From Candidatus Latescibacterota bacterium (lineage in GTDB: Bacteria; Latescibacterota; UBA2968), in contig OZ240241.1 in assembly GCA_965198115.1 (NCBI GenBank), forward strand, positions 5,408,001 to 5,472,000: 64,000 nucleotides of DNA, in the 5' to 3' direction. Positions 30,219 to 41,153 of this stretch are shown one piece after another. Under the pieces are notes generated by a model that was given only the letters and a program-made list of their open reading frames with translations, did no database searches and was not told the DNA's origin. The translations under genes were made by a program, and so were the position numbers. How positions within the stretch are numbered: the stretch's first letter is position 1; every line of letters starts with the position of its first letter.

Positions 30219-30328
30219 ATGCCTTCCCAGCAACACACCGAGTATTCTGGCGCCACCAGCCCCACTTTGCCGTTTGCCTTCCGACTTTTGCCTTCTGACG
30301 CCCCCCCTTTTCGTATACTTTCTCCCTC

Positions 30329-31609
30329 GTGGATACGCTTGAAATCACCCCTCTCGATCGACCCGTCGACGCCAAGGTCACCATACCCGGCTCGAAGAGC
30401 TACACCAACAGGGCGCTCCTCATCGCGGCTCTGTCCGACGGCGTAACGACCCTGACCGGCGCCCTCCTGAGCGACGACACGAAATACATGGCCGAATCGC
30501 TCAGACGGCTCGGAATCGAGGTGGTCGCAGACAAAGACGCCCAGATCTTCGTCGTCCACGGCACAGGTGGCCGAATCCCTTCGTCCGGCGCAGACCTCTT
30601 CGTCGGGGGATCGGGGACCTGCGCCCGGTTCCTGACCGCATTCACTGCCCTCGGCAGCGGTCGCTTCGTGATCGACGGTGGCGAGCGCATGCGTGAACGT
30701 CCCATCCAGGATCTGCTCGTCGGCCTCGAGGGCCTCGGCGCCAGCGCGACCACCCGACACGGCACGGGGTGCCCACCCGTTGTCGTGAACGCCGACGGCC
30801 TGCGTGGCGGTCGAACGTTCATGCCTGGCGATCGCAGCAGCCAGTATTTCACCGCTCTGCTCCTCGTTTCGTCCTACGCGGCGGAAAACGTCGAGATTCG
30901 CGTCGAAGGCGATCTTGCCTCGAAACCCTACATCGACATGACCCTCGCTATCATGCGGCACTTCGGGGTCGACGTCGTGAACGACGACTACAACACGTTC
31001 CACGTGGCGGCAGGTCAACGCTACACGGCCACGACCTATGCGATCGAACCCGATGCCACGAACGCCACCTACTTCCTTGCAGCGGCGGCCGTCACCGGAG
31101 GGCGCGTCACCGTAGGCGGTCTCTCCGAGGAGTCCGCCCAGGGAGACGTGCGATTCGCTCGCGTGCTCGAGCAAATGGGGTGTGCTGTCGACATCGACGA
31201 CACCGGTATCACCGTACGTGGACCGCAACAACTCAGCGGAATCGACATCGACCTGAACGGTATGCCGGACACCGCGCAGACGCTGTGTGCAATCGCACCG
31301 TTCGCTTCCGAACCCGTCACGATCTGCAACGTGCCCGTTCTTCGAATCCACGAAACGGACCGGATCGCCGCCGTGGAGACCGAACTGACCAAGCTGGGCG
31401 TCCGCGTCGAAACGTGGCACGATGGGATGACCGTCCATCCAGCGTCGCAGATTCTGCCTGCCCGGCTCGAAACCTACGACGATCACCGCATGGCCATGAG
31501 CCTTTCCCTGATCGGGTTGCGCGAACCGGGTGTCGTGATCAACGACCCTGGATGCGTCAACAAGACATTTCCAGAATACTTTTCTGTCTTGGACACGCTT
31601 CGCACGTAG
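30329..31609 (+). CDS. aroA: 3-phosphoshikimate 1-carboxyvinyltransferase (EPSP synthase)
   Basis: PGSKSYTNRAL, SSQY, RIHETDRI, YDDHRMAM, KTFPEY. Confidence 0.96.
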   Translation: MDTLEITPLDRPVDAKVTIPGSKSYTNRALLIAALSDGVTTLTGALLSDDTKYMAESLRRLGIEVVADKDAQIFVVHGTGGRIPSSGADLFVGGSGTCARFLTAFTALGSGRFVIDGGERMRERPIQDLLVGLEGLGASATTRHGTGCPPVVVNADGLRGGRTFMPGDRSSQYFTALLLVSSYAAENVEIRVEGDLASKPYIDMTLAIMRHFGVDVVNDDYNTFHVAAGQRYTATTYAIEPDATNATYFLAAAAVTGGRVTVGGLSEESAQGDVRFARVLEQMGCAVDIDDTGITVRGPQQLSGIDIDLNGMPDTAQTLCAIAPFASEPVTICNVPVLRIHETDRIAAVETELTKLGVRVETWHDGMTVHPASQILPARLETYDDHRMAMSLSLIGLREPGVVINDPGCVNKTFPEYFSVLDTLRT

Positions 31610-31643
31610 CCGCAAACCCGTCCGGGACACGTCACCAACTCAC

Positions 31644-32846
31644 ATGAATCCAACCGTACTACTCGTCGACGATGAACGGGAAGTCCGTAGGGTCCTCACC
31701 GACACCATCGGTCAGGCGGGGTTCGACATACGCACCGCCATATCCGGTCTTCAAGGCATCGAAATGCTGGATGACTGGTCCCCCGATCTCTTCGTCGTTG
31801 ACCTCAAAATGCCCGGAATGAGCGGTTTGGATTTCGCCAAACAGGCGCGCAAGCGGCTACCCGACAGTGAGCTGATCATCCTCACTGGCTTTGGCGATAT
31901 GAAAAGTGCCGTGGAGGCGGTGCGGATCGGCGCCTACGACTATCTCAGCAAGCCTGTTGACCTCGACAGGCTGCTCCAAACGCTACGCAGGGCCTCCGAG
32001 CGGCGGCATCTGGTCCTGGAGAACCGCGACCTCCTCCGTCGAACCCAGGAAGCCAACCGAATCAAAGGCGAGTTCATCAACGGCATGTCGCACGAAGTGC
32101 GCACACCGCTGGGTCATATCACCGGCTTTACGCAATTGCTGCAGGACATGCTGGAGGGTCTGACCGACAAGCAGAGGGGTTACTTACAAAACATCCACGA
32201 TGCAGCCGAGCGGCTGCTGGACATGTTCGAAAATATCCTGCAGTACTCGATGCTCAAATCGGGCGACGTCAGCATCTCCATCGAAGAAACGACGATCGAT
32301 CAGTTGTTCGAGCTCGTGATCGATGATGCTCGCCCCCTGGCCGCCGAGCAGGGCGTCGAACTCAAGGTCGACCCGAACGACCGGGTCGTGGCGATCGACG
32401 CCAGCATCTGCCGGCGCGTCGTCAGCCTTCTCGTCGACAACGCGATCAAGTTCAGCAGTGATGGAAAGGTCGTGACCCTCACCGCCGAGACCCTCCCCCC
32501 GTCCCCCGTTCCCGACGACGTTAATGTGGCCGACCTCCCGCACCCCGTCGCTGGCTGGCTGGCCATCCACGTGGCCGATGAGGGGATCGGCATCGCCGAA
32601 GAAGACAGGGAGCGGATCTTTGGCACGTTCACGCAGGCCGACAGTTCGCTGGAGCGGCACTACGAAGGGTCGGGAATCGGTCTTGCTTTGGCCTTGAGTC
32701 TCGCCCGCCTCCACGGCGGCGCGATCTCGCTGTCGAGCGAGGTCGGCAAAGGCAGTACCTTCACCCTCTTCGTTCCCACCTGGGCCCACGAAGAATTCGC
32801 CAATCTGTGTCGCACACAGACCGCAGGAACATCCTCTTTCTTCTGA
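31644..32846 (+). CDS. Receiver-HisKA-HATPase hybrid histidine kinase
   Basis: VLLVDD, DLKMPG, KP; MSHEVRTPL; DNAIKF, DEGIG, GSGIGL. Confidence 0.92.
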   Translation: MNPTVLLVDDEREVRRVLTDTIGQAGFDIRTAISGLQGIEMLDDWSPDLFVVDLKMPGMSGLDFAKQARKRLPDSELIILTGFGDMKSAVEAVRIGAYDYLSKPVDLDRLLQTLRRASERRHLVLENRDLLRRTQEANRIKGEFINGMSHEVRTPLGHITGFTQLLQDMLEGLTDKQRGYLQNIHDAAERLLDMFENILQYSMLKSGDVSISIEETTIDQLFELVIDDARPLAAEQGVELKVDPNDRVVAIDASICRRVVSLLVDNAIKFSSDGKVVTLTAETLPPSPVPDDVNVADLPHPVAGWLAIHVADEGIGIAEEDRERIFGTFTQADSSLERHYEGSGIGLALALSLARLHGGAISLSSEVGKGSTFTLFVPTWAHEEFANLCRTQTAGTSSFF

Positions 32847-34159
32847 CTGACAATCAACGGGCCGACCTGCTCGGGTGCGCCGGTCACCCCCTCATTCAGA
32901 CGCCTCACATCGATAGGCTGGCTGCGAACGGGATCCGGTTCGGCAGCGCGTTCGCCACTACACCCATATGTTCGGCCAGTCGTGCCAGCTACCTCACCGG
33001 GGTCTACGAGCGCCGGCATCGGTTCACTTTTCACGCCCCGCCGCTTGCCAGGGTGTTCACCGATGCCAGCTACCCCGCGCTGCTCAGATCAGCCGGATAT
33101 CGGACCGGTCTTATCGGCAAGTTCGGCGTTTGTGCCAGTGGGATCGAGCCCTCACTCGAAGACGCGAACGCGCTCTGCAGCATGTTCGATGTGTTCGACA
33201 ACTACGAGCACTGGACGCCCGAAGGTTATGAAATCAGACAGCCCGACGGTACGATCCGGCACCTGACGGATAGGACGGGCGATAGAGCCATCGAATTCTT
33301 GCGCAATTGCTCCTGTGATCGACCCGACCAACCGTTCTGTCTCTCCGTCAGTTTCAACGCCCCGCACGCCCAGGATGGAACCCCTCAGCCCTACATCTGG
33401 CCCAAATCCGAGGACCACCTTTACGAGGATGATATCATCCCCGAGCCGGTCAACGCAGACCCCGCCTTCTTCGCCTCGCTCCCTGCCTTCATTCGAGAAT
33501 CGGAGAGCCGGGGGCGATGGGTCGAACGCTTCTCGACGGTCGAAAACTACCAACGTAATGTGAAGGGACTTTACCGAATGGTCAGCGGCGTGGACCGAAA
33601 CATCGGCAGGATCGTCGCCGAACTCGATCGCCTGTCGTTGAGCGACAGCACGAGCGTGATCTTCGCCTCGGATCACGGAATGTACTATGGGGAACGTGGT
33701 TTGAGCGACTGCTGGCAGTTAAACGAAGAATCGCTCCGCATACCGTTGATTGTCTTCGACCCGAAGACCGGGAACGTCCAGCGCGGAAGGGTTCGAGACG
33801 AAATGGCGCTCAACATCGACGTTGCGCCGACGATCCTCGAGCTTGCGGGACTCTCACCTCACCCTATGATGCAAGGTCAGAGTCTTCTACCATTTTTTGC
33901 GGGTATGGACATCGACTGGCGGACAGAGTTCTTCTGCGAACACCTGTTCGACAGACCCGGTATTCCGAAGAGCGAAGGAGTGCGCACGGAGGACTGGAAA
34001 TACATCCGGTACTTTGAACAGCAACCGGTCTTCGAGGAACTCTACGACTTGAACACCGACCCTCACGAATCCGTCAATCGAGCCAGCAATGCGTCGTATT
34101 CAATTCAGCTGCGTGAAATGAGGGATCGATGTGAGAAAATGCGTCAGGAAGCGGAATAG
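32807..34159 (+). CDS. Sulfatase (formylglycine type)
   Basis: NILFLLTDNQR, CSASRASYLTG, GYRTGLIGK, SDHG, ELYDL..DPHE. Confidence 0.92.
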   Translation: MSHTDRRNILFLLTDNQRADLLGCAGHPLIQTPHIDRLAANGIRFGSAFATTPICSASRASYLTGVYERRHRFTFHAPPLARVFTDASYPALLRSAGYRTGLIGKFGVCASGIEPSLEDANALCSMFDVFDNYEHWTPEGYEIRQPDGTIRHLTDRTGDRAIEFLRNCSCDRPDQPFCLSVSFNAPHAQDGTPQPYIWPKSEDHLYEDDIIPEPVNADPAFFASLPAFIRESESRGRWVERFSTVENYQRNVKGLYRMVSGVDRNIGRIVAELDRLSLSDSTSVIFASDHGMYYGERGLSDCWQLNEESLRIPLIVFDPKTGNVQRGRVRDEMALNIDVAPTILELAGLSPHPMMQGQSLLPFFAGMDIDWRTEFFCEHLFDRPGIPKSEGVRTEDWKYIRYFEQQPVFEELYDLNTDPHESVNRASNASYSIQLREMRDRCEKMRQEAE

Positions 34160-34204
34160 GCCAGGCAAACTGCAATGCCATGGGCTCCATCATTGGGCGA
34201 ACCG

Positions 34205-34244
34205 CCGTTCGCCCCGGAGTTTATCCCGAGCGAAGTCGAGGGGC
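34205..34244. repeat. REP-like element (CCCGAGCGAAGTCGAGGG family)
   Basis: CCGTTCGCCCCGGAGTTTATCCCGAGCGAAGTCGAGGGGC between convergent genes. Confidence 0.6.
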
Positions 34245-34389
34245 CCACGGCGATGGATTCTACCGCCGACGGCCCACCGCCGACAAGGTTTCCGCTCCCA
34301 CCGGCGAGAACTCAGCTTCTGTCATCTGCCACAGAGGCAAAGCCGTCGTTTCCGTCCACCACCGACCGTCTACCGTCCACTCGCCTCAA

Positions 34390-35469
34390 CTACCACTTCT
34401 CAACCGCATACCCTTTCCCCGCCGTCATCTTCCCCGCCATCTCCGCGACCTTCCGATTCGGATCGTAAAGCGCCAGCTCGAACAGGCCTCGATGCTTCTC
34501 TGGATCGAGCTCACCCAGATGTCGAGCCGTCTGTAATCGGACGTGGGGCTCAGGATCTGACAGCCCTGTGCGGAACCAGTCCACGCGATCCTCACCGTGC
34601 CGTGTCATGAAGGCCACGGCCGCACCCCGAATTCGCTTCTCACCATCATCCAGCAGCGGCGCGATCAATTCGGTCTCCGCATCGTCACACTGCCGAGCCG
34701 TTTCCAGAACAGCGACTCGCACATCGATGGACTCGTCCTCGAACAACATCATACACCATTCGAAAAGATCCGGGTCATCAGACGCGGCAAGCATTCCAAG
34801 ACCCCGGACACGCCGAGACGCACGATCCGACATCAACGCCTCGAGTATCTTCTCCTCGTCCGGAGAGACATCCTGGGGGCCTTCATCCTTATCAGGCCAG
34901 AAGGACTCATCGGGCTTCGCCGGAATCCTGACCGCGTGAAGCGTGTTCGGGTCGATCTTGTACTTGCTGAGGTGCTCCGGGACCCACTGGCGTGCGAGGG
35001 ACAACAATTGAGCGGGCTCGAACGTGGCTTTCGGATTCTCCTTGAGCCGGCTCTGGATCCACTGTTCCAGCCTCAAGATCCCGGGATCTCGCCTACTTAC
35101 GCCCTTGTAGGGTTTTACCCCCGTGATGTGGTTGATCCAACTCGCCAGGTATTCGGCGGTAAAGATGTAGGGCAGATGCTTCTCGCCCGACTGATCCAAA
35201 ATAACCGAAGGCGGGACCTTCCCACGAATCACCACCACGTTGTTTTGTCTGTGCACGCCGCGGCTGCCATAGTGGGTCCGAAACAAGCCCAGATTCAGGT
35301 CGCACTTCAGCGTAACCGGCTGGTCCTTGTTCCTCTTCGCCTGCGTTTTTGCCCGCCGATTCGCATAGGCTCTATTCGTCGTGAACCAGATGCGCGCCTT
35401 TCTCGGCAGGAACCCGACAACCCGAATCTTCGCCGCTCTTTTCCGAGTAGTGCCGTGATATACGATCAT
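34390..35469 (-). CDS. HEAT-repeat protein with N-terminal ART/Tpt1-like HGT domain
   Basis: VYHGT...I...GFLP...IWFT...VPPSVI, then D....VR..A HEAT repeats. Confidence 0.75.
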   Translation of the reverse strand: MIVYHGTTRKRAAKIRVVGFLPRKARIWFTTNRAYANRRAKTQAKRNKDQPVTLKCDLNLGLFRTHYGSRGVHRQNNVVVIRGKVPPSVILDQSGEKHLPYIFTAEYLASWINHITGVKPYKGVSRRDPGILRLEQWIQSRLKENPKATFEPAQLLSLARQWVPEHLSKYKIDPNTLHAVRIPAKPDESFWPDKDEGPQDVSPDEEKILEALMSDRASRRVRGLGMLAASDDPDLFEWCMMLFEDESIDVRVAVLETARQCDDAETELIAPLLDDGEKRIRGAAVAFMTRHGEDRVDWFRTGLSDPEPHVRLQTARHLGELDPEKHRGLFELALYDPNRKVAEMAGKMTAGKGYAVEKW

Positions 35470-35617
35470 AGATTCGCCTCCGTGATGTCCCTAATAAGAT
35501 AGGACATCGTCGAAGCGCTTCAGGTTCCACACCCCGGATGATCGGACCACAGCCCTCCGCACATACTTGGAGCCTTCGCGTCTTCGTGTTCTGAATTCCC
35601 CGGTGTCTGGTGACTCC

Positions 35618-36649
35618 CTAAGGTACCGGGGTCTCTCCACCCAACAGGGACTCCGCCTTCAACTCCGCCCAGAAATCGCTTGGAATAGCGTGCTCGAAGT
35701 AGCCGGCGTTCGTCTTAATCTCCTCGACCGATCGAGCGCCAGGGATAATGGTGGCAATCGCAGGGTGACCGAACGGGAACTGGAGCGCCGCCGACTGTAG
35801 TGGAACGTCGTGGCGACCGCAAACCGCCTCGATACCTCTCACCCTCTCCAGAATCTCCTCCGGGGCTTCCCCATAGTTATAATGAGCTCCCTCGATCGCG
35901 CCGGTCGCCAGAATTCCTGAGTTGTAGGGACCACCCACGATGATGCGAATCCCCTTCTCGGCGCACAGAGGCAGGAAGCTGTCCAGCGGTTCCTGCTCCA
36001 GCAGCGTGTATCGGCCGGCAAGAAGGAAACAATCGAAGTCCCCTGCTTTCGCGAATTCGGCAAGCATCTGCCACTGATTCATGCCCAGTCCAATCGCCTT
36101 GATCACCTTCTGCGATCTCAACTCGTCCAGCGTGGGATAGGTATGCTCCATCACATCGGCAAAGTGACTGACCGCGAACGGATCTGCACCCGGGGACCAG
36201 AGCGTCGCGCCTTCGTCCGGATCGTGGATGAGTAGAATGTCGACGTGGTCTGTTTGTAGTCGGTCCAGGCTCTCGTCGATCGAGCGCAATACCGCGTCTC
36301 GGGAGTAGTCGTGAATCGCATCGAGCGGGGGGGCGTCGACGAACGGTGCCTTGTGAGGTTCGTCCGACGTGCGTTCGACAAGGCTGTAGCCCACCTTCGT
36401 CGAGATCACGAAGTTGTCCCGGCCCACGGCGGTCAACGCTTTGCCCAGGCGGGACTCGCTCAGCCCAAACCCGTAAAGCGGAGCTGTGTCCACATATGCC
36501 GTCCCAGCCTCGTGCGCGGCGCTCAGCGTGTCCACTGCCTCCTGATCGTACATCGCCTGATACATGTTTCCAAAGCCCGTCCCCCCCAGACCCATCTGTG
36601 TGACTTCGAGACCGTGCTTTCCAACGGGCTGTTTCTGGCTTGCTTTCAT
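35618..36649 (-). CDS. Aldo/keto reductase (D-threo-aldose 1-dehydrogenase-like)
   Basis: DTAPLYGFGLSE, ISTKVG, IHDPD, LLAGRYTLL, IPGARS. Confidence 0.92.
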   Translation of the reverse strand: MKASQKQPVGKHGLEVTQMGLGGTGFGNMYQAMYDQEAVDTLSAAHEAGTAYVDTAPLYGFGLSESRLGKALTAVGRDNFVISTKVGYSLVERTSDEPHKAPFVDAPPLDAIHDYSRDAVLRSIDESLDRLQTDHVDILLIHDPDEGATLWSPGADPFAVSHFADVMEHTYPTLDELRSQKVIKAIGLGMNQWQMLAEFAKAGDFDCFLLAGRYTLLEQEPLDSFLPLCAEKGIRIIVGGPYNSGILATGAIEGAHYNYGEAPEEILERVRGIEAVCGRHDVPLQSAALQFPFGHPAIATIIPGARSVEEIKTNAGYFEHAIPSDFWAELKAESLLGGETPVP

Positions 36650-36793
36650 CGGCTTCTCCTCTACGCCATGGTGTTCAAAATCGGTTTCAGCCCACCGGCT
36701 GATCAGCGGAGCCGAACGGCAGCGAGGTCATCGCCGCCAGAGGCGGCTCCTGCCCTCCGCTCACAGCCCACCACCCACTGACATCTCTTTCGT

Positions 36794-37852
36794 CTACCGC
36801 AACATCCGCCCCCAGCTTTCCATCACACCCTCTTCCAGCGGAAGTTCCACACGCCGTCCCTCCATCATCGAAAGTGCGACGGCCTCGCAGAACTCCATAT
36901 ATCGCACACCGTCCTCAAAGTTCGGCGACACATCTCCCTCTTCGAGAATCGCTCTCACCCACTCGCCGTCCGTCGTCTGATCGCGCACTTCCTTTTCAGG
37001 GATCTCGATCGGCTTCAAAGTCTCGCCCACGAGACCGCCACTCAGCTCGCCCGCGAACATTTGATACACCAGCGCCCCCTTCGACCCGTAAATCTCGATT
37101 GCGTGACCTGGACCGCAGGCGGCAGCTGTCGAGAAATGATAGGTGGCTGTCGCTCCGCACACCAGATCTGCGGCAATGGCCAGCGAATCGGGAACCGCAG
37201 CCTCGACCCAATCCCCATCCACCGTCTTTCGTCTCTGGGTTTGCGTCTTGCCCCGCGCCGTCACCACGCTCGCTGGACCCACCCAGCGATTCAGCACCTC
37301 CACCCACAGTCCCAGAGTCATCGAGTTCACGCCGACGACGTCGGGGTCGGCCTGCCACGCATAGTCATCAGGTGGCTCAGCCAGCGCCAACCCGCTGACA
37401 CGTACGTCGCGAATCTCTCCAACGAAATCCTCCTGAAGAAGCCGACGTATAACGCGGTCGCCCTTCAGACCTGGGAAGGGCGGATACAGTCCCGCTACCA
37501 GGCCGCTCGCCTTGGCTGCCACCGTCATCGCCAGCGCTTCCTTCAAGTTGCGCGCCATACGTCCCTGGCAGAGCACGTGCTTCCCGGCCTCCAGAGCTGC
37601 GAGGGTCTGGGTAGAATGAAGAATCGGTGGCGTGGACACGATGACCGCGTCCACTTGGGGAGAGTGGACGATTTCCTCCCAGCTGTCCACGACCTCGGGG
37701 ATGCCGAACTGGCCAGCCAGCTTCTCCGCATTCGCGCGTTGGCGAGACCAGATCAGACTCACGTCCGCTTCTTCGACCGCTTGTAACCGCGGGAGATGAC
37801 GTTCTTGAGTGACCCAGCCTGCGCCCATTACACCGATTCTGACCCTGTCCAC
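36794..37852 (-). CDS. Gfo/Idh/MocA family oxidoreductase
   Basis: RIGVMGAGW, VSTPPILH, AGKHVLCQ. Confidence 0.9.
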   Translation of the reverse strand: MDRVRIGVMGAGWVTQERHLPRLQAVEEADVSLIWSRQRANAEKLAGQFGIPEVVDSWEEIVHSPQVDAVIVSTPPILHSTQTLAALEAGKHVLCQGRMARNLKEALAMTVAAKASGLVAGLYPPFPGLKGDRVIRRLLQEDFVGEIRDVRVSGLALAEPPDDYAWQADPDVVGVNSMTLGLWVEVLNRWVGPASVVTARGKTQTQRRKTVDGDWVEAAVPDSLAIAADLVCGATATYHFSTAAACGPGHAIEIYGSKGALVYQMFAGELSGGLVGETLKPIEIPEKEVRDQTTDGEWVRAILEEGDVSPNFEDGVRYMEFCEAVALSMMEGRRVELPLEEGVMESWGRMLR

Positions 37853-37862
37853 ATCGTACTCC

Positions 37863-38462
37863 TCAGAGAAGATTCTGCTTATTTCGCACGCTCTCGCTTC
37901 GTCGACATGAGTTCCACCATCTGAAATGATCCGTCAAGTATCCGACATAGAATCGACATAGATCCTCGAAGGAGTTACTGAAGACCTTACCCGTCACGTA
38001 AGTCTCGAGGTCGTCGATCGAGCAGTGCCACCCACCGGCCACGCCCGACCATGGAGTCCCTGGGCCGCCTGGTTGGTGGATGTCTACCGCATTAGCCTGT
38101 TCTGGAAGCTGGGTCTCCTTTGGAGCGGCACTGTCCGCCCAATTGCAGAGGAATGAGAACACCGTCCCTTCGCCCTCTGTCTTCAATTCAAATCACATGC
38201 CCCCACTCTTGAAGGGGTCACCCCCGAAGTCGATATACTCGCGCTCTCCGAGGTCCGTAATCGTATTCTTCCAATGGTGAGCAAAGACGCCGCCCGGACG
38301 CAGATCGATCTCGACAGGACAGATCCACCATTCATCGAGTCCCTCCTTGGTGCTCACAGCCTCTCAGACGCGTGCGACCGGAACGTCGAGTTTACGAAAC
38401 CAGACCATCGCGTGGGGATCGATGAACCTGCCGGCATTTTCGAGCGTGTCGCTATCGGCCAC
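37863..38462 (-). pseudogene. SRPBCC/AHSA1-family protein with two in-frame TGA stops
   Basis: AGGAGG RBS + GTG 38462; ...VPVARV*EAVSTKEGLDEWW...IDLRPGG...GGM*FEL...AGGWH; TGA at 38364-38366 and 38193-38195. Confidence 0.8.
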
Positions 38463-38777
38463 ACTTTCCTCCTACATTCATGATGTCGTTCTCCGACATT
38501 GCAGAAACCGGCAGGACCGCGATAGCACGCATTTGCGTGTGAAGCTTTCGTTGGACAAGATCTGACGTAGCGCCAATTATGTCTACGATGCAAGGGTGTG
38601 CCTGCAGAATCGAAGCTCATTCAGCGATCCGCGTTCAGAGTGCGAATGTGGCGATTTCGGAGAACTGAGGGTGGCGTCTTCCCAGACCTGTGATGAGTTC
38701 ACGTTGTTCGAGGATGGCGTACCACGTCGCACCGCGAGGTCCTTTCCGGACGAGTAGTCTGCACAGACCCAGCCCAA

Positions 38778-39572
38778 ATGGACACTTTACGATATCTGAC
38801 GTCGATTCGACTCGAGCGCGATCGGGTTTCCTCTTTCGAAAAGTTTCCCTTCTGCCTCCCGGCCATACGTGGCCTCGACGAACTCGAATTGCATCCGAAC
38901 GTCACCTTCCTGATTGGCGAGAACGGCAGTGGGAAGTCGACGCTGCTCGAGGCTCTGGCGGTCAAGTGGGGGTTTAATCCGGAGGGCGGAAGCCGCAGCT
39001 TCGGCTTCTCCACACGCGACTCACACTCCGAACTACATCGATGCCTCCGTCTCGTTCGGGGAATCCGACAGCCCAAAGACGGTTACTTCTTCCGGGCGGA
39101 GAGCTTCTTCAATGTGGCGACGGAAATCGAGCGCATCGACGAAGAAACAAGGACATCGGGGAGTCCCAAGATCATCGAGTCATACGGCGGGCGATCTCTT
39201 CACGAGCAGTCTCACGGAGAGTCCTTCATCACGCTCGTCACGGAGCGCTTCTATGGCGAAGGCTTCTACGTTCTGGACGAACCCGAGGCGGCACTTTCCC
39301 CGACGCGTCAGCTCGCATTGCTCGTGCGGATGCACGAATTGATCACGAGCCACTCTCAATTCGTCATTGCCACGCACTCGCCGATTCTGCTCGCCTATCC
39401 CGACGCCAGGATTCTGTCGCTCGAGGAGGATGGAATCAGGGAAGTGAACTACGAGGAGACCGATCACTATGCCGTCACGCGTCGATTTCTACAGGACCAT
39501 CGCGGGATGACTCGAGAGCTGCTGGGCGAGAACTCAACAGAAACCCATTCCACTTCTCACCACCCAACGTGA
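38778..39572 (+). CDS. AAA/ABC-type ATPase (COG3910-like)
   Basis: GENGSGKST, FFRAESF, SHGESF, LDEPEAALSP, IATHSP. Confidence 0.9.
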   Translation: MDTLRYLTSIRLERDRVSSFEKFPFCLPAIRGLDELELHPNVTFLIGENGSGKSTLLEALAVKWGFNPEGGSRSFGFSTRDSHSELHRCLRLVRGIRQPKDGYFFRAESFFNVATEIERIDEETRTSGSPKIIESYGGRSLHEQSHGESFITLVTERFYGEGFYVLDEPEAALSPTRQLALLVRMHELITSHSQFVIATHSPILLAYPDARILSLEEDGIREVNYEETDHYAVTRRFLQDHRGMTRELLGENSTETHSTSHHPT

Positions 39573-39631
39573 TTCACGTGGTCACTTCCTAATCACGGAA
39601 AGACAATGCGATGCCGGAAAGGGTCCAGAAA

Positions 39632-39988
39632 ATGGTTGAGAACACGATCCCTGTCCTGAGTGTTCGTGATCTGCCGAAGAGCATCCGCTACTACACGGAG
39701 ACGCTCGAGTTTGAGCTGGACTGGGCCGGTGACTCCATCGGTTCTGTCTCGAAGGATGGGCATCCTATCATGCTTCGTGAGGCAGAGAGGGTTTCGGCCT
39801 CGTGGATATGGATCGGTCTGGAGAACGACTCCCTCTTCGATGCATACCGGAGCAAAGGTGTGAAGGTTGCTCAGGAGCCCCGGAACCACGACTGGGCGTA
39901 CGAGATGAAGTTTCAAGACCTGGATGGCAATGTCCTCTGGCTGGGAACGGAACCGAAGAAAGACCTTCCTCTTGCAGAGGGTGGTTGA
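39632..39988 (+). CDS. VOC/glyoxalase/bleomycin-resistance family protein
   Basis: IPVLSVRDLPKSIRYY...LEF, WAYEMKFQDLDGNVL. Confidence 0.88.
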   Translation: MVENTIPVLSVRDLPKSIRYYTETLEFELDWAGDSIGSVSKDGHPIMLREAERVSASWIWIGLENDSLFDAYRSKGVKVAQEPRNHDWAYEMKFQDLDGNVLWLGTEPKKDLPLAEGG

Positions 39989-40091
39989 TGCGGCGAACGT
40001 GAGGCCTGCCTCGAGTCGACGCATTGCACTCAGAGGCAATGACACAAAAGTCAGATAACCGAAATCCACTCTACCCGGAAGAGAGATAAAC

Positions 40092-41072
40092 ATGGTCATT
40101 GGAACACAATTCATACCTGCGAATGCACAGCCAGAGTATTTCCATCACCTGAAGCAGTTGGGCGTCGACCACATCTGCAGCAACCCCCTAGGTCTGGCAT
40201 CATCCTGGACCGCGGACATCCTGAGCCGTCATCGAGAGCTGATGGAATCCTATGACCTGGCCCTCGATCTCATCCCTTTGGCTCACATCGGGCTCGCCCC
40301 GCGAGACGAGTTTCCGAACGTCATGCTTGGAACACCCGAACGAGACGCGGAGATCGACCGTGTGTGCGAGATCATCGAGGCGACGGCGGAAGCGGGGATC
40401 CCGGCCCTGAAATACTATCTCAGCTATCTCGGTGTTGTCAGCACGGGCCGGGTCGAAGGTCGGGGTGGGTCGTCCAACCGGACGTTCGTCTATGACGATG
40501 CCGAGCAGACGCCGCTGACGGAAGCGGGTCGCGTGAATGCGGATACTATGTGGGAACGGATCACGTATTTCCTGGAGCGCGTAATCCCGGTCGCTGAGCA
40601 GTATAAGGTTCGCATGGCCTGTCATCCCCACGACCCGCCCGTCCCCAGTCCACGAGGCCTGCGGGGGGTCGATCGGGTCATGGGGAACGTCGAGGGACTC
40701 AAACGATTCATCGACATCGCGCCCAGTCCCTACCACGGTCTTAACTTCTGCCAGGGTACGGTCTGCGAAATGCTCGAAAAACCCGGCGAAGAGATCTTTG
40801 ACATCATCCGGTACTTCGGTGAGCGTGACAAGATTTTCAACGTCCACTTCCGGAACATTCGGGGCGGATTCTGCAACTTCGTGGAAACGTTTCCGGATGA
40901 AGGCGACGTCGACATGCTCGAAGCCCTGAAGGTCTACCATGAGGTTGAATATCCGTACATGGTGATGCCCGATCACGTGCCTCAGATTTCTGGCCCCGAG
41001 CCTCGTCTAGTTGCTTTCGGATACGCCATCGGCTACCAGCGTGCCCTTCTACAGGCGATCGGGGCCGGTTGA
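40092..41072 (+). CDS. uxuA: Mannonate dehydratase-like protein
   Basis: [32 protein letters not shown]. Confidence 0.85.
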   Translation: MVIGTQFIPANAQPEYFHHLKQLGVDHICSNPLGLASSWTADILSRHRELMESYDLALDLIPLAHIGLAPRDEFPNVMLGTPERDAEIDRVCEIIEATAEAGIPALKYYLSYLGVVSTGRVEGRGGSSNRTFVYDDAEQTPLTEAGRVNADTMWERITYFLERVIPVAEQYKVRMACHPHDPPVPSPRGLRGVDRVMGNVEGLKRFIDIAPSPYHGLNFCQGTVCEMLEKPGEEIFDIIRYFGERDKIFNVHFRNIRGGFCNFVETFPDEGDVDMLEALKVYHEVEYPYMVMPDHVPQISGPEPRLVAFGYAIGYQRALLQAIGAG

Positions 41073-41153
41073 TAGAGTCCGAGAAAGGATACCATTCGAG
41101 CACCATCGTGGGGTCACGGAAGCCGTGATCCTACCCTAGAAAAGTCCCTGACT

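Noticed and set aside
21038-31630. Long antisense or alternate-frame ORFs (e.g. 21038-22540, 23224-24417, 25012-26166, 30095-31630)
   Set aside because: Shadows of well-supported genes caused by high-GC codon bias; no recognisable motifs.
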